This document shows, one piece after another, positions 1 to 11,427 of a stretch of DNA of 64,000 bases (positions are counted from its first letter, which is position 1; each line of letters starts with the position of its first letter). The DNA comes from Eledone cirrhosa (Eukaryota). Under the pieces are notes generated by a model. The model did no database searches and was not told where the DNA came from. It saw nothing but the letters and a program-made list of their open reading frames with translations. The stretch covers positions 84,568,001 to 84,632,000 of the forward strand of contig OZ024745.1 in assembly GCA_964016885.1 (NCBI GenBank), in the 5' to 3' direction. Position numbers and translations under genes: made by a program.

Positions 1-62
1 TCTGTGTGCCTCTCTCTGTCTTTCTCTCTGTGTCTCTTTGTCTCTCTCTCTGTTTGTCTGTT

Positions 63-97
<35 letters not shown>

Positions 98-98
98 G
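1..98. repeat. (CT)n/(CTGT) microsatellite
   Basis: Seen directly in the sequence. Confidence 0.9.
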
Positions 99-881
99 CC
101 TGTCTTTCCCACAAACAAACCTTTGTTAAAGATTGTAGGAACCAAACATTTATTCTGTTCAACATTAAATCTTGTTTCACTCATGAAACATTCTTGGAGT
201 TCTAATTTTATGGCTAAATATTCCTACAGTTTTATTCATTTTTATTCATCTTTATTTTCTTTACAACTATTTACTAATTAGATGGTGAAATTTAATTTCA
301 AGTACGCTTGCTCACCTTTTATAAGATAAAACTACTGAAGAAATATTAATTGGGAATTAAAACTAATAGCTTTCATTTAGACAAGTTTTGTGAATCTCTG
401 ACAGCAAGCCAAATGTTGACTGTAAATTCTTGCTTTAATCTCTAGTATAATGAGGTTTAAATAATGAAGATTAGTGCTAACCATTTTAGAAGACAAGTTT
501 GCTCTCAGCTTGTTGATTCTCAAGAAAGTGCTTCTATATCCAATGACAGATTTAGAAGCTACAGGCTTGTGTAATTTATCAAATTAACTCATGGCACTCA
601 GTGGTTTATGAAACAAAGGTTTTGTTCAATAGTAAATTAGTTTATACATGAAAAGGTAATGCAAACAGATGTTTGGACTAGCAGATAATAAAGCTGGATA
701 AAGACTACATTGGAAAGAAATCTATCAGCTATATATATATATATATATATATGAATGTATATATAGTGTATTTTGCAATACACTGTATGCTTAATTAAAA
801 GCATTTCGAAGGTCTTACGCTATTGTTTTAGAGTAGTGACAGTCTCGCTTACTTAAAATTTTCAGCAAACAGGGGAGATAA

Positions 882-926
882 AGCTGACAGAGCTCTGTTT
901 CGTACTGATTGGTACTTATCAAAGCC
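882..926 (-). ncRNA. Type I hammerhead ribozyme-like motif with U3/A8 core variant, in a PLE-like 3' fragment between TA tracts
   Basis: Minus strand reads ggct TTGATAA GTAC caatca GTAC GAAA CAGAGCTCTG TC agct. Helices I-III all form; cleavage triplet GUC. Confidence 0.6.
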
Positions 927-1231
927 AAGGTCTCCACCTATTTGCTATATATATATATAGCCAGTTGTTGAGTAATAATATATTACTATGAGGCACCTGC
1001 TTGAAAATTTTATGCTTTTACATGATTTGAATGTGTTAAAAGTGCATATTAACACTGTTTATTGGTGTAATAAGCAGGGTGTTTATATTAAAGGAAATAA
1101 GTTTGTTTAATGTGAACATATTCTGATTATCTCCACTGCATCTGATGAGCAAATTAGTCCTGGAATCAAAGCTGATTCTAATCGATTAAGGCTTCAACCT
1201 GGTCATTTGTGAAAAATGTTGAGTAGTTAAA

Positions 1232-1269
<38 letters not shown>

Positions 1270-1405
1270 CAAAAGGGATATTCAATTTGTTGGTAATTCA
1301 ACAAATATAAATGTTTATAACTGATTCAGAGCACTCGACAAGTTTTCTGGAGTATAATATTCAATGATATTAAATAAATGGAAACTATATTTATAAAACC
1401 ATATT

Positions 1406-1466
1406 TATTCTATTATATATATTTCAAGGGTACCAAAACATTGGTACTCTTTCATCAGATAAAATA
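1406..1466 (-). ncRNA. Minimal type I hammerhead ribozyme
   Basis: tattttat CTGATGA aagagtaccaa tgtt ttggtaccctt GAAA tatata TA atagaata. Confidence 0.8.
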
Positions 1467-1610
1467 CAAAGTTTGTTTTATAAATTTTGACATAACCAAG
1501 AAAAAGATACCTTAATGGTTCAAGTTTTCCTTAGAAAACTATCCAAGGAAAACTTGAACCGTTAAGGTATCTTTTTCTTGGTTATGTCAAAATTTATAAA
1601 ACAAACTTTG

Positions 1611-1671
1611 TATTTTATCTGATGAAAGAGTACCAATGTTTTGGTACCCTTGAAATGTATATAATAGAATA
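1611..1671 (+). ncRNA. Minimal type I hammerhead ribozyme (mirror copy)
   Basis: tattttat CTGATGA aagagtaccaa tgtt ttggtaccctt GAAA tgtata TA atagaata. Confidence 0.8.
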
Positions 1672-2046
1672 AATATGGTTTTATAAATAGTTTCCATTTA
1701 TTTAATGTGTGTGTGTGTGTGTGCACGCACGCACGCACAAATTTGGTGGTTCACCACTGGGTAGAATTGGTCATATTATGCAATGTTACACAACTCATCC
1801 ATCTTTGATGTTGAATCCTGCTGGTGGTGCAGGAATGGAGTTAAAAAGTAGAGAAGGAAAACATTATTTTGTTTTGACTCAGACGGTCGTGGTAGCCTGT
1901 TGTTGTCAGTTTGGCTAATTGCCTTTTAAGTGACTTTCTCATCAAATTTGTCTTGTCAGTTTATGTGGGTAGATGTTTTTTTTTTTTTTTTCCTGAAAGC
2001 CTCTTAGAATGTGCTTGCCATAATTCCTTTGGTATATAACTATTAT

Positions 2047-2104
2047 ACACCTGATGATGTCACTAGGTTCATACATAACCTGGCCACTGAAATATGCATA
2101 GTGT
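2047..2104 (+). ncRNA. Type I hammerhead-like motif with imperfect helix II base
   Basis: acac CTGATGA tgtcactaggtt...aacctggccact GAAA tatgca TA gtgt; helix I acac/gtgt and palindromic helix III. Confidence 0.6.
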
Positions 2105-2201
2105 TTGCAGAAATAAATAATTTAAGGAATTCAACCCATCATGCCTCCTGTCATTTTAGTCTATAATTATATGTATATATATTTATATATATATATATAT
2201 A

Positions 2202-5075
2202 ACTAAAATTATACGAGGACTTAAATTCAAAAGAAACCCTTATCGATGCCAGGGATACCTTATCAACCTTAAGAATAAAATTAATGACCTTAATTCTTCT
2301 AAAAACGTTTTAGTTCATTCTCACAAAACTAATTATGTATATGGCATAAGTAAGGATAAATATAATAACCTTATCCTTAAAGAATTAAGAAAAAATGATC
2401 ATAAAACTACGCATGATAATTTGGATTCTATCAATAGGGAAGCATTTGAGATAGTAACCAACCTCGGAATTGAGAAAAAAACAGAAGGATCATAAAAGAA
2501 GTTTTAGAACAGACTTGCCTGTAAGACTAATTGCCCCTTCTAAATCTGACCTAGGGGTGGTTAGTAAATCCATCTTGGATAGAATTATCCCACAGGTTAG
2601 GTATGAATCTCAACTAAATTTATGGTTGGGCTCATCTGAAGTAATAGACTGGTTCAACGACCTAAAAAATAAAAATAAATGAAATTTATTCAATTAGACA
2701 TCGCCAGCTATTATTCTTCTATTTATCCTTCACTCCTAAATAAGGATCTCTCATATGCGTTAAAATATACGAATATCACTAGTGAAGAAATAAACATCAT
2801 TCTCACCGCTAGGAAAACCATCTTGGAATTTAACAATGAATATTGGACAAGAGCGGATACTTCCAACAATTTCAACATCACCATGGGTGCGTCGGATTCA
2901 GCTCAACTGATCAACTTAATTGGAATTTTCATCTTGAATTCTTTAAACCGGAAAATTCCCCAACTTCGCGGTGGGATTTATCGTGATGATGCCCTTTTTA
3001 CTGTCTGTAATTGTAACAATGTAAACTTTAATATAATTAAGAAAAATATACTTGATCTATTTAAGCATCTTAACTTAAAAATTGAATTCGAGAATAATGT
3101 TAAACTAGCAAATTTCCTTGTTATATCCCTTAATCTAGATACCGGCCTATATTATCCATATCATAAGGATAACGAGAACTTAAATTACATTAACTTTAAA
3201 TCTAACCACCCAAATAATGTTAAAACTGCTATAGTCAAAAGTGTAGAAAAAAGAATTTCTAATTTATCCTCTAATAAAGATATCTTTGAAGCTAATGCCA
3301 ACTACTATAATAATGCCCTATCTAGGGCTGGATATCTAGACAAAATTAGGTATAATGAAGATCTTAACCTTGGCAGAGCTTATAATAACTCTAGTAATGT
3401 AGCTAGTAATAATCATACTGCTAACAAGAGACCTTCTCTCTTTCCATTATTAATAATATCCCTAAATTATTTTTTAGGGCTTTACATAACAGCTTCCCTC
3501 CTTCACATATATATATATAGCAAGATTTTCAATAGGCATACTATTTAATTCTCGTATTCTACTACTTAGAACATTTCTAAAATTATCTCAAGACATAATT
3601 CTAAAATATTAAATAATAACTCATATGCATCCAACCATGAGTCATAATAATAACACTATAAGGCCCAATGTCAATGTAAACTCTAGGCAAAATAACACGA
3701 GTATAAATACCACATCAAATGTAACTTTGTGGAATGCATCAAATAGTAATGTAAATCTGGAAACTCTAGCACCTCCTTTAGTTAATTCCACCACTCCAGT
3801 TCCTAATATAATTAATCCTGTACCACTTGCAAATAACTCTGTAAATAATCTTAATCGTAAATGCAACTGCCCTATTAGAACTAATTGTCCTCTTAGTAAT
3901 TTTTGTCTCGATAAAAACCTAGTATACAAATGTAAAGCAAGATTCTATAATCATTCTTCTACATTTAAATCTCCACTTAAAAGGACCAGCACCGCACTCT
4001 CGGAACTTATTTGGTCCTTAAAAGACAAAAACATAAATTACACAATTTCTTGGCATAAAATCTACAACGCATTTCCATACTCCAATGCTTCCATATCTAG
4101 TGTTTGTAATTTGTCTAGTTGAAAAATTTACCATTATCTCGAATTTCAATACAATAAGAAATCGAAGAACTGATTTATTTGAACTTTGTAATCATAAATC
4201 GTACAAGACCTTTCACAAAGTATATAGCTGATGTCCTATAACAAATTCCACGAGTCACGGTTACCTTTACACATCTTTCATTATATTCTACAATGTATTA
4301 ATTTGGTTTTCTCATCATATTTTAAGCCTTTGATCTTTTTTTTCTATACCCTTAGATTTTCGCTCAAACCTTCGTAGATTTTGTAATGTTTTTCTACGTT
4401 TATAAATCTTTCTAGCAATTTCCTTTATTTACTTGTTGATATAAAATAAAAATTAAATAGTATACCCCACATATATAAATTCTTACTAGTAATTATTAAT
4501 TTTGACATAGACTATTTTTTATTTCTATTTTATTTTATAAAAAAAATTTTTTTATATTTATTTTATTTTATTTTATTAATACATTTTTACACTTCTTAAT
4601 CCAATTTTACATTTCTTAATCCAATTTTTAGTATTTGAACCCAATATAAAATAATATACTCAGTATCTATATTTAGGCCTCTAATATTTGAATACCGTCT
4701 ATAATATTCGCACATACACCTCATCAATTTACTTTTTAACAGTTATTAACAGCTGTTTTCATTTTGACAGTTCCTGATCAAAAGTCTCTTTTTCTCTCTC
4801 TTCCTTTTTATCTTTTTTTCCTTTCTTTTCTTTCATTTTCCTTTTTCTTTTCTTTCCTTCTATTTTCCTATCTATTTCTTACTATAATTTTAACACATAT
4901 TTCTGCCATATATAGACTTAGCACTTTCCTGTAAACAAGTGCTATTATGCCTCATATCATGTTACCTTATTTTATCTGATAACACAATTTTTGAATTTTT
5001 GTCCCAGGATGATTTTGTATTCGAAATGCGCATAAAATATATGGAACTCTTTTAACCATCTTTTAATTTCTTTAT
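2202..5075 (+). mobile_element. Degraded 5'-truncated Penelope-like element, Naiad-like (RT + CxC/CP zinc motif + partial GIY-YIG), inserted in (TA)n
   Basis: ORF pieces carry FIQLDIASYYSSI, MGASDSAQ, GGIYRDDAL, SKIFNRHTI, CNCPIRTNCPLSNFCL and TALSELIWSLKD. Frameshifts present. Long T-rich 3'UTR ends in a degenerate hammerhead (4970-5038). TA tracts on both sides. Confidence 0.9.
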
Positions 5076-5240
5076 TATATATATATATATATATATGTAT
5101 GTATATAAACGGAAAAAAAATGAAACGAAATTTCATTTCCCACTCTTAGTACGGCTGTTACTTAAATATAAGTATGTACACGTACATACATATATGTATA
5201 CAGACGTACAGTAGTATGTATATATATATACATACATGCA

Positions 5241-5275
<35 letters not shown>

Positions 5276-5391
5276 GTATGGATTCACCGAACATTTATTA
5301 TAATGCTCGGTGTGTTTGTAAACAAACATCCCGTATTAAGCCGTAGTGTCCAGCAACCATCGTTGCTCGTTTGTTCAACACTGACAAAGGA

Positions 5392-5434
5392 ACGCTGTAC
5401 TAGTTTCAAGCTTATTAGCTATCGTCAGCAACGT
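5392..5434 (-). ncRNA. Minimal type I hammerhead ribozyme (mirror of 5628-5670)
   Basis: Reverse complement reads acgttg CTGACGA tagct aata agctt GAAA ctag TA cagcgt. Confidence 0.85.
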
Positions 5435-5627
5435 ATACCTTCCTGCCAGATTGTTGAATGTATATACTTACCTTATGCATATTAACGGCTCAGTAGCCCA
5501 ATTTGCATATTGAGTGGGTTAATCGGCCAGGTGCACCTTTTTTCCGTTTTCGGTGCACCCGGCCGATTAACCCACTCGATATGCAAATTGGGCTACTCAG
5601 CCGTTAATATGCATAAGGTAAGTATAT

Positions 5628-5670
5628 ACGTTGCTGACGATAGCTAATAAGCTTGAAACTAGTACAGCGT
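5628..5670 (+). ncRNA. Minimal type I hammerhead ribozyme
   Basis: acgttg CTGACGA tagct aata agctt GAAA CTAG TA cagcgt; helix III reduced to the palindrome ACTAGT; GUA cleavage triplet. Confidence 0.85.
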
Positions 5671-6067
5671 TCCTTTGTTAGTGTTGAATAAACGAGCTAC
5701 GATGGTTGCTGGACACTACGGCTTAATACGGGATTTGTTTACAAACACACCGAGCATTATAATAAATGTTCGGTGAATCCATACGTGCATATATATATGT
5801 GTGTGCATGTATGTATATATACATACTACTGTACGTCTGTATATATATATATATATATAAATAAGCTTTATAAAAAGTCAATCGAAGTCACTAATTTTGC
5901 AGACTGCTGAATGCACTAGTTAGTTTATCATGGCACCAGCATGTGTCTTTTACACAATCGAAGAGAACTCTTATCCAACAAATATCAGTTATATTTCGTG
6001 AATTATTTTATATAAAATATTACATGAACTTCTATTTATTAATTTTTCTTCTCACTATGATCATTAG

Positions 6068-6159
6068 AGAAAATTCTGGAAAAAACATGGAATGTAAAAG
6101 AATATGGTGTTTGTTATACTGAAGATCTCCTCTCAGACATTCAACCGGCAACATTATTG
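6068..6159 (+). CDS. MARF1: MARF1/LKAP-like coding exon (LOTUS/OST-HTH region); upstream exons lie outside the window or were not recognised
   Basis: tcattAG acceptor and GTaaat donor. Translates (x)KILEKTWNVKEYGVCYTEDLLSDIQPATLL, resembling the MARF1 segment [23 protein letters not shown] as I recall it. Ends in phase 0. Confidence 0.85.
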
Positions 6160-6284
6160 GTAAATCTTAGTTTGTTTTTTTCCATCTTTGTCTTGCTTTT
6201 ATTTTTTAACTATGACTGCTAAAATTGTTAACATATTTTTTGATTTGGGTTTTTTTTTTTTTTTAAACCAAATTTATTAAAGAG

Positions 6285-6323
<39 letters not shown>

Positions 6324-6879
6324 TAATATAATACTGTAGCAGAAGCAAAATTGAAAACAATGTAATTCATCATTATAAGTTTGTCTGTTTCTAGTGGCGT
6401 AAGTTGGACAGAATATCACTGTTCAAGACCAGGCAAGTTAGAATAATCACATCTTGCTCATGTTTGTTGACAGTTTTTTATGACTGGATTCCCTTCCTAA
6501 TGCCAACCACCTTACAAGATATATTGGGTGCATTTTTTCATGGCATCGACACTAACACTTTATAGGGTGTACTCGGTTTATTTTAACATTGCACCAGCAC
6601 TAATTGTCACATATGTATCCAGATTAGAGAATTCTCTCATTACATTTACATTTAGTTTTGCAGTTGTACAGGTTGATAGGTCTTTTGTATTATAGTATAT
6701 CAGTGAGGGTGGTCAGTTAGTATAAGATTAATTTAGTATTTTGCATGGGATGAAATGCATATCATGGTTGTATAGATGTAACTAATTAGTTGTGCTGGTG
6801 TATCTGGGTGTGTTGGTGAAGTAGTAGTGCACGTGTTGGTGTGAGAGATTGATGAAAAAGGCTAAAAGAAGGATGGTGA

Positions 6880-8072
6880 GTAAAGTCTTTCCTGCTTTAG
6901 GTTTGGAGAGAAAAAAATAATGCGCAGCTCTTTTGTAGATTTGGCTATAAGGACCAAATCATCTGCATAGAGAAGTTTCCATGGAAACCTGTCTTAAACT
7001 CCTCTGTTATGGCCTGGAGGACTGTAATGAACAGCAGTGGGCTAAAAACCGAACTTTGAACTCCTACCTGTACCTTTAATTCCTCACTAAACTCATTTCC
7101 TTCTCTCACTAAACTCACTTCCTTCTCTCACTTTATGCACAGCTCCTCTGTGCATGGCTTACACCTAATTTCCTTAGGGGCCACCACATAATAGATCAAG
7201 GTACTCTGTCAAAGGTCTTCTCTAGATAAACAAAAGCTAAATACAGTGGTTTATTTTTGGTTAGGAACTTCTCAAATAGTTGCCTCACTAAGAAGAGTGG
7301 ATCTGTAGTACTTTTCCAAAGCATGAAATCGCTCTCGCTCTCTCAAGTCTTGCCAGTAGTTTGCAAAAAGTTGCCACATAAGCATCAGTTTTCCTCAACA
7401 TATATACCTAGTTTGTCATCCCTCTCATCAGTTGCATCCTGTAGGGCCTTTCTAAACCTATATTTAACCAATGGGTCCTTTAGCTTCTACACCCTTCATC
7501 TCTATCTTTTTCTGTGTTTTGTTCTGTCTTTTGTCTATTTTGATAGGCAGTGCATTCTTCCCCAGGGAAGGCCATAGTATTTATTAGTCTCTTTGTCTTG
7601 GCTAATAAGTAAGTAATCAATTTGGCTTGTGTTCACCAAATTGATATGAAATCAGGTGGTTTCCAGAAATGTGTGTTGCAGATGGTTAGTTCATTTGCAT
7701 CACTGATTTTCAGGTGTCTCAGCCCCCTCTTCATTCCTTCAGCCATAACCATCGCTGCTATGAACTCTGTTGAATTCGGCTTGGTACTGTCCCACATGTC
7801 CATTGAAGTGGTCTGCCAGGATGGTGTCTCTTTCATCAATACCAGAAGTTGTCTGTAAAAGTTTCTCATAGAACCTGTCCTTTTGTTCTTAACCCAGTCC
7901 TTCCTGCAGAGTATAGGTAGATGTGATTGTCACCAATCTATTTCCTACAGTTAATCTAAGCTTGATGATTGTCACTTTACCTCAATCACCTTAGCTATCC
8001 ATTTCTCAGCCAGTAGGATCCCTACACCTCCTATCCCATTGTCATTTCCTATCCAGTAGAATTTATATCTAA
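6880..8072 (-). mobile_element. Degraded, internally deleted RTE LINE (APE and RT remnants)
   Basis: Minus-strand similarity to the RTE copies at 14154-17141 and 45621-47826 (AITEEFK, PWKLLYADDL, DANELTICNTHF). Confidence 0.8.
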
Positions 8073-8830
8073 GTTGATGAGAAAAACTTTGGATGAACTG
8101 ATAAAAGCTGGCATTGCCCAATTAAACCACAATGAAAGCACTCTCTCCATCCTGTAAGGTGATCATGATGGTGACAAAAGCACCCAGTCCACCCTGTAAT
8201 ATAGTCATGCAGGTGACACAACCAAAAGTGCCCAGTCCACACTAGTGGTCATTTCAGTGCTTACCTGTCCCCACTCCAACCATCACCTCGCTTGCCCAGT
8301 TCACATGAAAGCTGAACATGCTCAACATCTGATCGCCTACTGTGCTGTTGCCAAGGTGATGACATGGCAAAAAGCGCCTAGTCCACCCTATAAGGTGGTC
8401 ATGTTGATAACACAACAAAAAACGCCCAGTTCACCCTTTAACCCTTTAGCATTTAAACTGATGTTAAGGTATTGTTCTCAAAATAAATATCAATCTCATA
8501 GATTCAATATTATGAGATAATTATGTGAAGTAACGCCTTTACAGTGAAAATACAATAGTGTGTATAGAGTAATGTAAATGCTAAAGGGTTAAGATGGTCA
8601 TGTCAATGACATACCAAAAACTGCCCAGTTCACCTTGTAAGGTGGTAGTTTTGGTGAAATGACAAAAAGCACCCGGTCAACACTATATTAGTGTTAGGGA
8701 GGGCATCCAGCCATAGAAATCAAATGAAAATGCAGATCTACATGAGCATGTTACGATTTCTGGACCCGTCTCATAACATGACAACCTGTCTAACCCAAGC
8801 AAGCATGGAAAATGGATGTTAAACAACAAT
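8073..8830 (+). mobile_element. RTE 3' end and 3'UTR with several degenerate repeats of the AAAAGCACCCAGTCCAC motif
   Basis: Starts at the RTE C-terminus, repeats the motif about 6 times, ends with the CCC..GCAAGCATGGAAAATGGATGTTAAAC tail shared by other RTE ends. Confidence 0.7.
8442..8588. mobile_element. piggyBac-type MITE
   Basis: 14-bp TIRs CCCTTTAGCATTTA...TAAATGCTAAAGGG flanked by a TTAA duplication (8438-8441, 8589-8592). Confidence 0.85.
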
Positions 8831-8842
8831 GATTATATATCT

Positions 8843-9199
<357 letters not shown>

Positions 9200-9212
9200 T
9201 ATATATAATATA

Positions 9213-9558
9213 TGGAGGCACATGGCTTAGTGGTTAGAGCATTGGCCTTGCAATCGAAAGGTTGTGAGTTCAATTCTCAGACCGGGTGATGTGTTGTTTC
9301 CTTGAGCAAGGCACTTTATTTCACATTGCTCCAGTTTACTCAGCTGTAGAAATGAGATGATAGGGACTGGTGTCCCTATCATTCCACTGTAAAGTGGTCG
9401 TGGAGGTGCCACGGCAAAAAAGCACCCAGCACTCACTGTAAATGAGGTTGGTGTTAGGAAGGGCATCCAGCTGTAGAAATCAAGCCAGCATCAGTTCCCA
9501 TCCCACCCTTGCAAGCAGGGAAAAAGCGGATGTAAAATGAAATGATGATGATGATGAT
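9213..9558 (+). mobile_element. tRNA-derived SINE with CORE-like centre and RTE-derived 3' tail
   Basis: A-box TGGCTTAGTGG, B-box GAGTTCAATTC, central CCTTGAGCAAGGCACTT; tail shared with RTE 3'UTRs and ending in (TGA)n. Confidence 0.85.
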
Positions 9559-9598
9559 ATAATATAAGATCAAAAGATGGTTAAAGGAGTTCCATGTA

Positions 9599-9665
9599 TT
9601 TTATTATGCGCATTTCAAAAACAAACATCATCATGCAATAATATTTGTGTTTTCATCAGATAAAA
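9599..9665 (-). ncRNA. Minimal type I hammerhead in a PLE 3' fragment (~9560-9830), related to the end of the 2202-5075 element
   Basis: ttttat CTGATGA aaacacaaatattat...atgatgtttgttttt GAAA TGCGCA TA ataaaa. Confidence 0.8.
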
Positions 9666-9830
9666 CAGGAGAACATGATATGAAGGCTAAAAAACACTTG
9701 TGGATAGTGCAGTTTTAAATCAACATTTTTTGATCTTATATTATGTATACTCCAGTCCTACAAACTGTAGAGTGCTTCTTATCCGATATCTGCATTGCTT
9801 TATTGTACTACAATAAAACTCACCTCCTAC

Positions 9831-9876
<46 letters not shown>

Positions 9877-9878
<2 letters not shown>

Positions 9879-10062
9879 TGAATTGGCAGTATCAGTAGAG
9901 GGTTGGACGCCATGCTTTCTAGCATAGTTACGTCCCTTTACGGTCTGAGTTCAAATCCCGCCAAGGTTAACTTTGCCGTTCATCCTTACGGTGTTGATAA
10001 AATAAAGTACCAGTAATGTACTGGGTAATTGCTGGCCTTGTGCCTAAAGTAGAAACAATTAT
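9877..10062 (+). mobile_element. Second tRNA-derived SINE type (Meta-domain-like centre)
   Basis: TGGCAG...GAGTTCAAATCC boxes and TTCATCCTT..GG...GATAAAATAAAGTACCAG centre; further copies at 12930-13126 (+) and 57430-57586 (-). Confidence 0.8.
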
Positions 10063-10071
10063 ATTATATAT

Positions 10072-10606
10072 GCACTCCTCACACAGGCATCATATAACCG
10101 GCCTTTCGAAGGGTTTCTCCCTGCGTAGGAAAGGCCGGTTATATGATGCCTGTGTGAGGAGCGCGATGTTGCATGGTAGTGAGACATGGGCAGCAACTGC
10201 AGAGGATATGCAACGGCTGGAGAGAAATGAGGCAAGCAGGCTCTGTTGGATGTGCAGTGTCAATGTGCGTGAATGACCCAGCATAAATGTGTTGAGAAAC
10301 AGTCTGAGAGGGATAGAATGTAGTGTACGGGAGAGGAAACTGAGGTGGTATGGACATGTGATGCGCATGGAGGATGACCGCTGGGTAAAGAAGTGCCAAG
10401 AAATGCCATTTGAAGGAAGACGTGGTAGAGGTAGACTACGGAAAACATGGGCGGAGGTGGTGAGAACAGACCTCAGATCGCTGAAGCTCACGGTGGAGAT
10501 GACGAAGGACCGTGACAAGTGGAGAGATGCTGTGCTGAATAAGACCCGTCCCACCCTTGCAAGCAGGGAAGAGTGGACGTAAAATGATGATGAAGATGAT
10601 GATGAT
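10072..10606 (+). mobile_element. RTE 3' fragment with a 36-bp fold-back at its truncated 5' end
   Basis: Encodes [20 protein letters not shown]...[11 protein letters not shown] with a (TGA)n tail; 10072-10107 is the reverse complement of 10129-10164. Confidence 0.9.
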
Positions 10607-10885
10607 TATATATTATATTATATATTATATTATATATATATATATATATATATATTACTTGGTGTCACACTTTTTAACTGTTGTACTCTGGACAATAATC
10701 TTTAGCTTATCAATCCATTGAGTGCTTTGTGATTGCCTCAAACAACTCTATTAGTACCTGCTATATGATAGCTACAACTGCGACCCATATCCAATACTGT
10801 GTGTGTATGTGTGTGTAATTTTGAAATATTGTACTTTAAATGTGTTCTCTCTACATCTGTTGAAACTGAAGGTGTTTAATTCCAG

Positions 10886-10928
10886 GTGAGTGAAGATGTG
10901 GATCCAATCCTCTCAATACCCAAAAGAT
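10886..10928 (+). CDS. MARF1: MARF1-like 43-nt exon
   Basis: ttccAG acceptor and GTaagt donor. Translates VSEDVDPILSIPKR plus 1 nt, matching the MARF1 'ICIPKR' linker. Phase joins correctly to the next exon (T+AT = Tyr). Confidence 0.85.
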
Positions 10929-11257
10929 GTAAGTAAACATTTTAACAAATTTGTCATTGAACTGAATCTGCATTGGGATACAGCCTTTAAGGTGTTTAAA
11001 CAATCATAGATCTTTCTTATCAAATTGTCAAATTACTTTTTGATATAGAGGAAAGCAATTTGATGCAAATGTTCCACCTATGCTTTATGTATGAACCATA
11101 CCATATGATATACACTAAATAAATTTACACCACACACACACACACAGACTACTGCCACCACACCACTTAGTCACACCACTACCAACACTTCACCACAACC
11201 AACACTTCACCACACTGCCACTCACTACACCACACAGTCCCACCTTGGTGTTGCCAA

Positions 11258-11427
11258 GTGGGATGAAGCCCAGAGGTGGGTGGGATGAAGCCCAGAGGTG
11301 GGTGGGATGAAGCCCAGAGGTGGGTGGGATGAAGCCCAGAGGTGGGTGGGATGAAGCCCAGAGGTGGGTGGGATGAAGCCCAGAGGTGGGTGGGATGGAG
11401 CCCAGAGGTGGGTGGGATGGAGCCCAG
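11258..11427. repeat. 22-bp G-rich minisatellite, about 7.5 copies
   Basis: Unit GTGGGATGAAGCCCAGAGGTGG. Confidence 0.95.

Larger units (their letters stand above)
1369..1706. mobile_element. Fold-back (inverted duplication) of a PLE-type 3' end, each arm carrying a hammerhead
   Basis: Arms 1369-1532 and 1545-1706 are near-perfect reverse complements with a 12-nt spacer. Confidence 0.85.
5107..5850. mobile_element. Non-coding hammerhead-bearing element (retrozyme-like, ~433-nt monomer) inserted as a fold-back in (TA)n
   Basis: Arms ~5190-5537 and 5552-5850 are reverse complements. The central spacer (5538-5551) is the reverse complement of the element's own left end (AAACGGAAAAAA, 5107-5118), so the unit wraps around. 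Confidence 0.8.

Noticed and set aside
1142-1200. CTGATGAG as a hammerhead core
   Set aside because: No properly placed GAAA or closing helices were found.
9213-9290. tRNA gene
   Set aside because: A and B boxes are present but continue into SINE body and LINE tail without a proper acceptor stem.
11258-11427. CRISPR-like array
   Set aside because: No unique spacers; simple tandem repeat in eukaryotic DNA.
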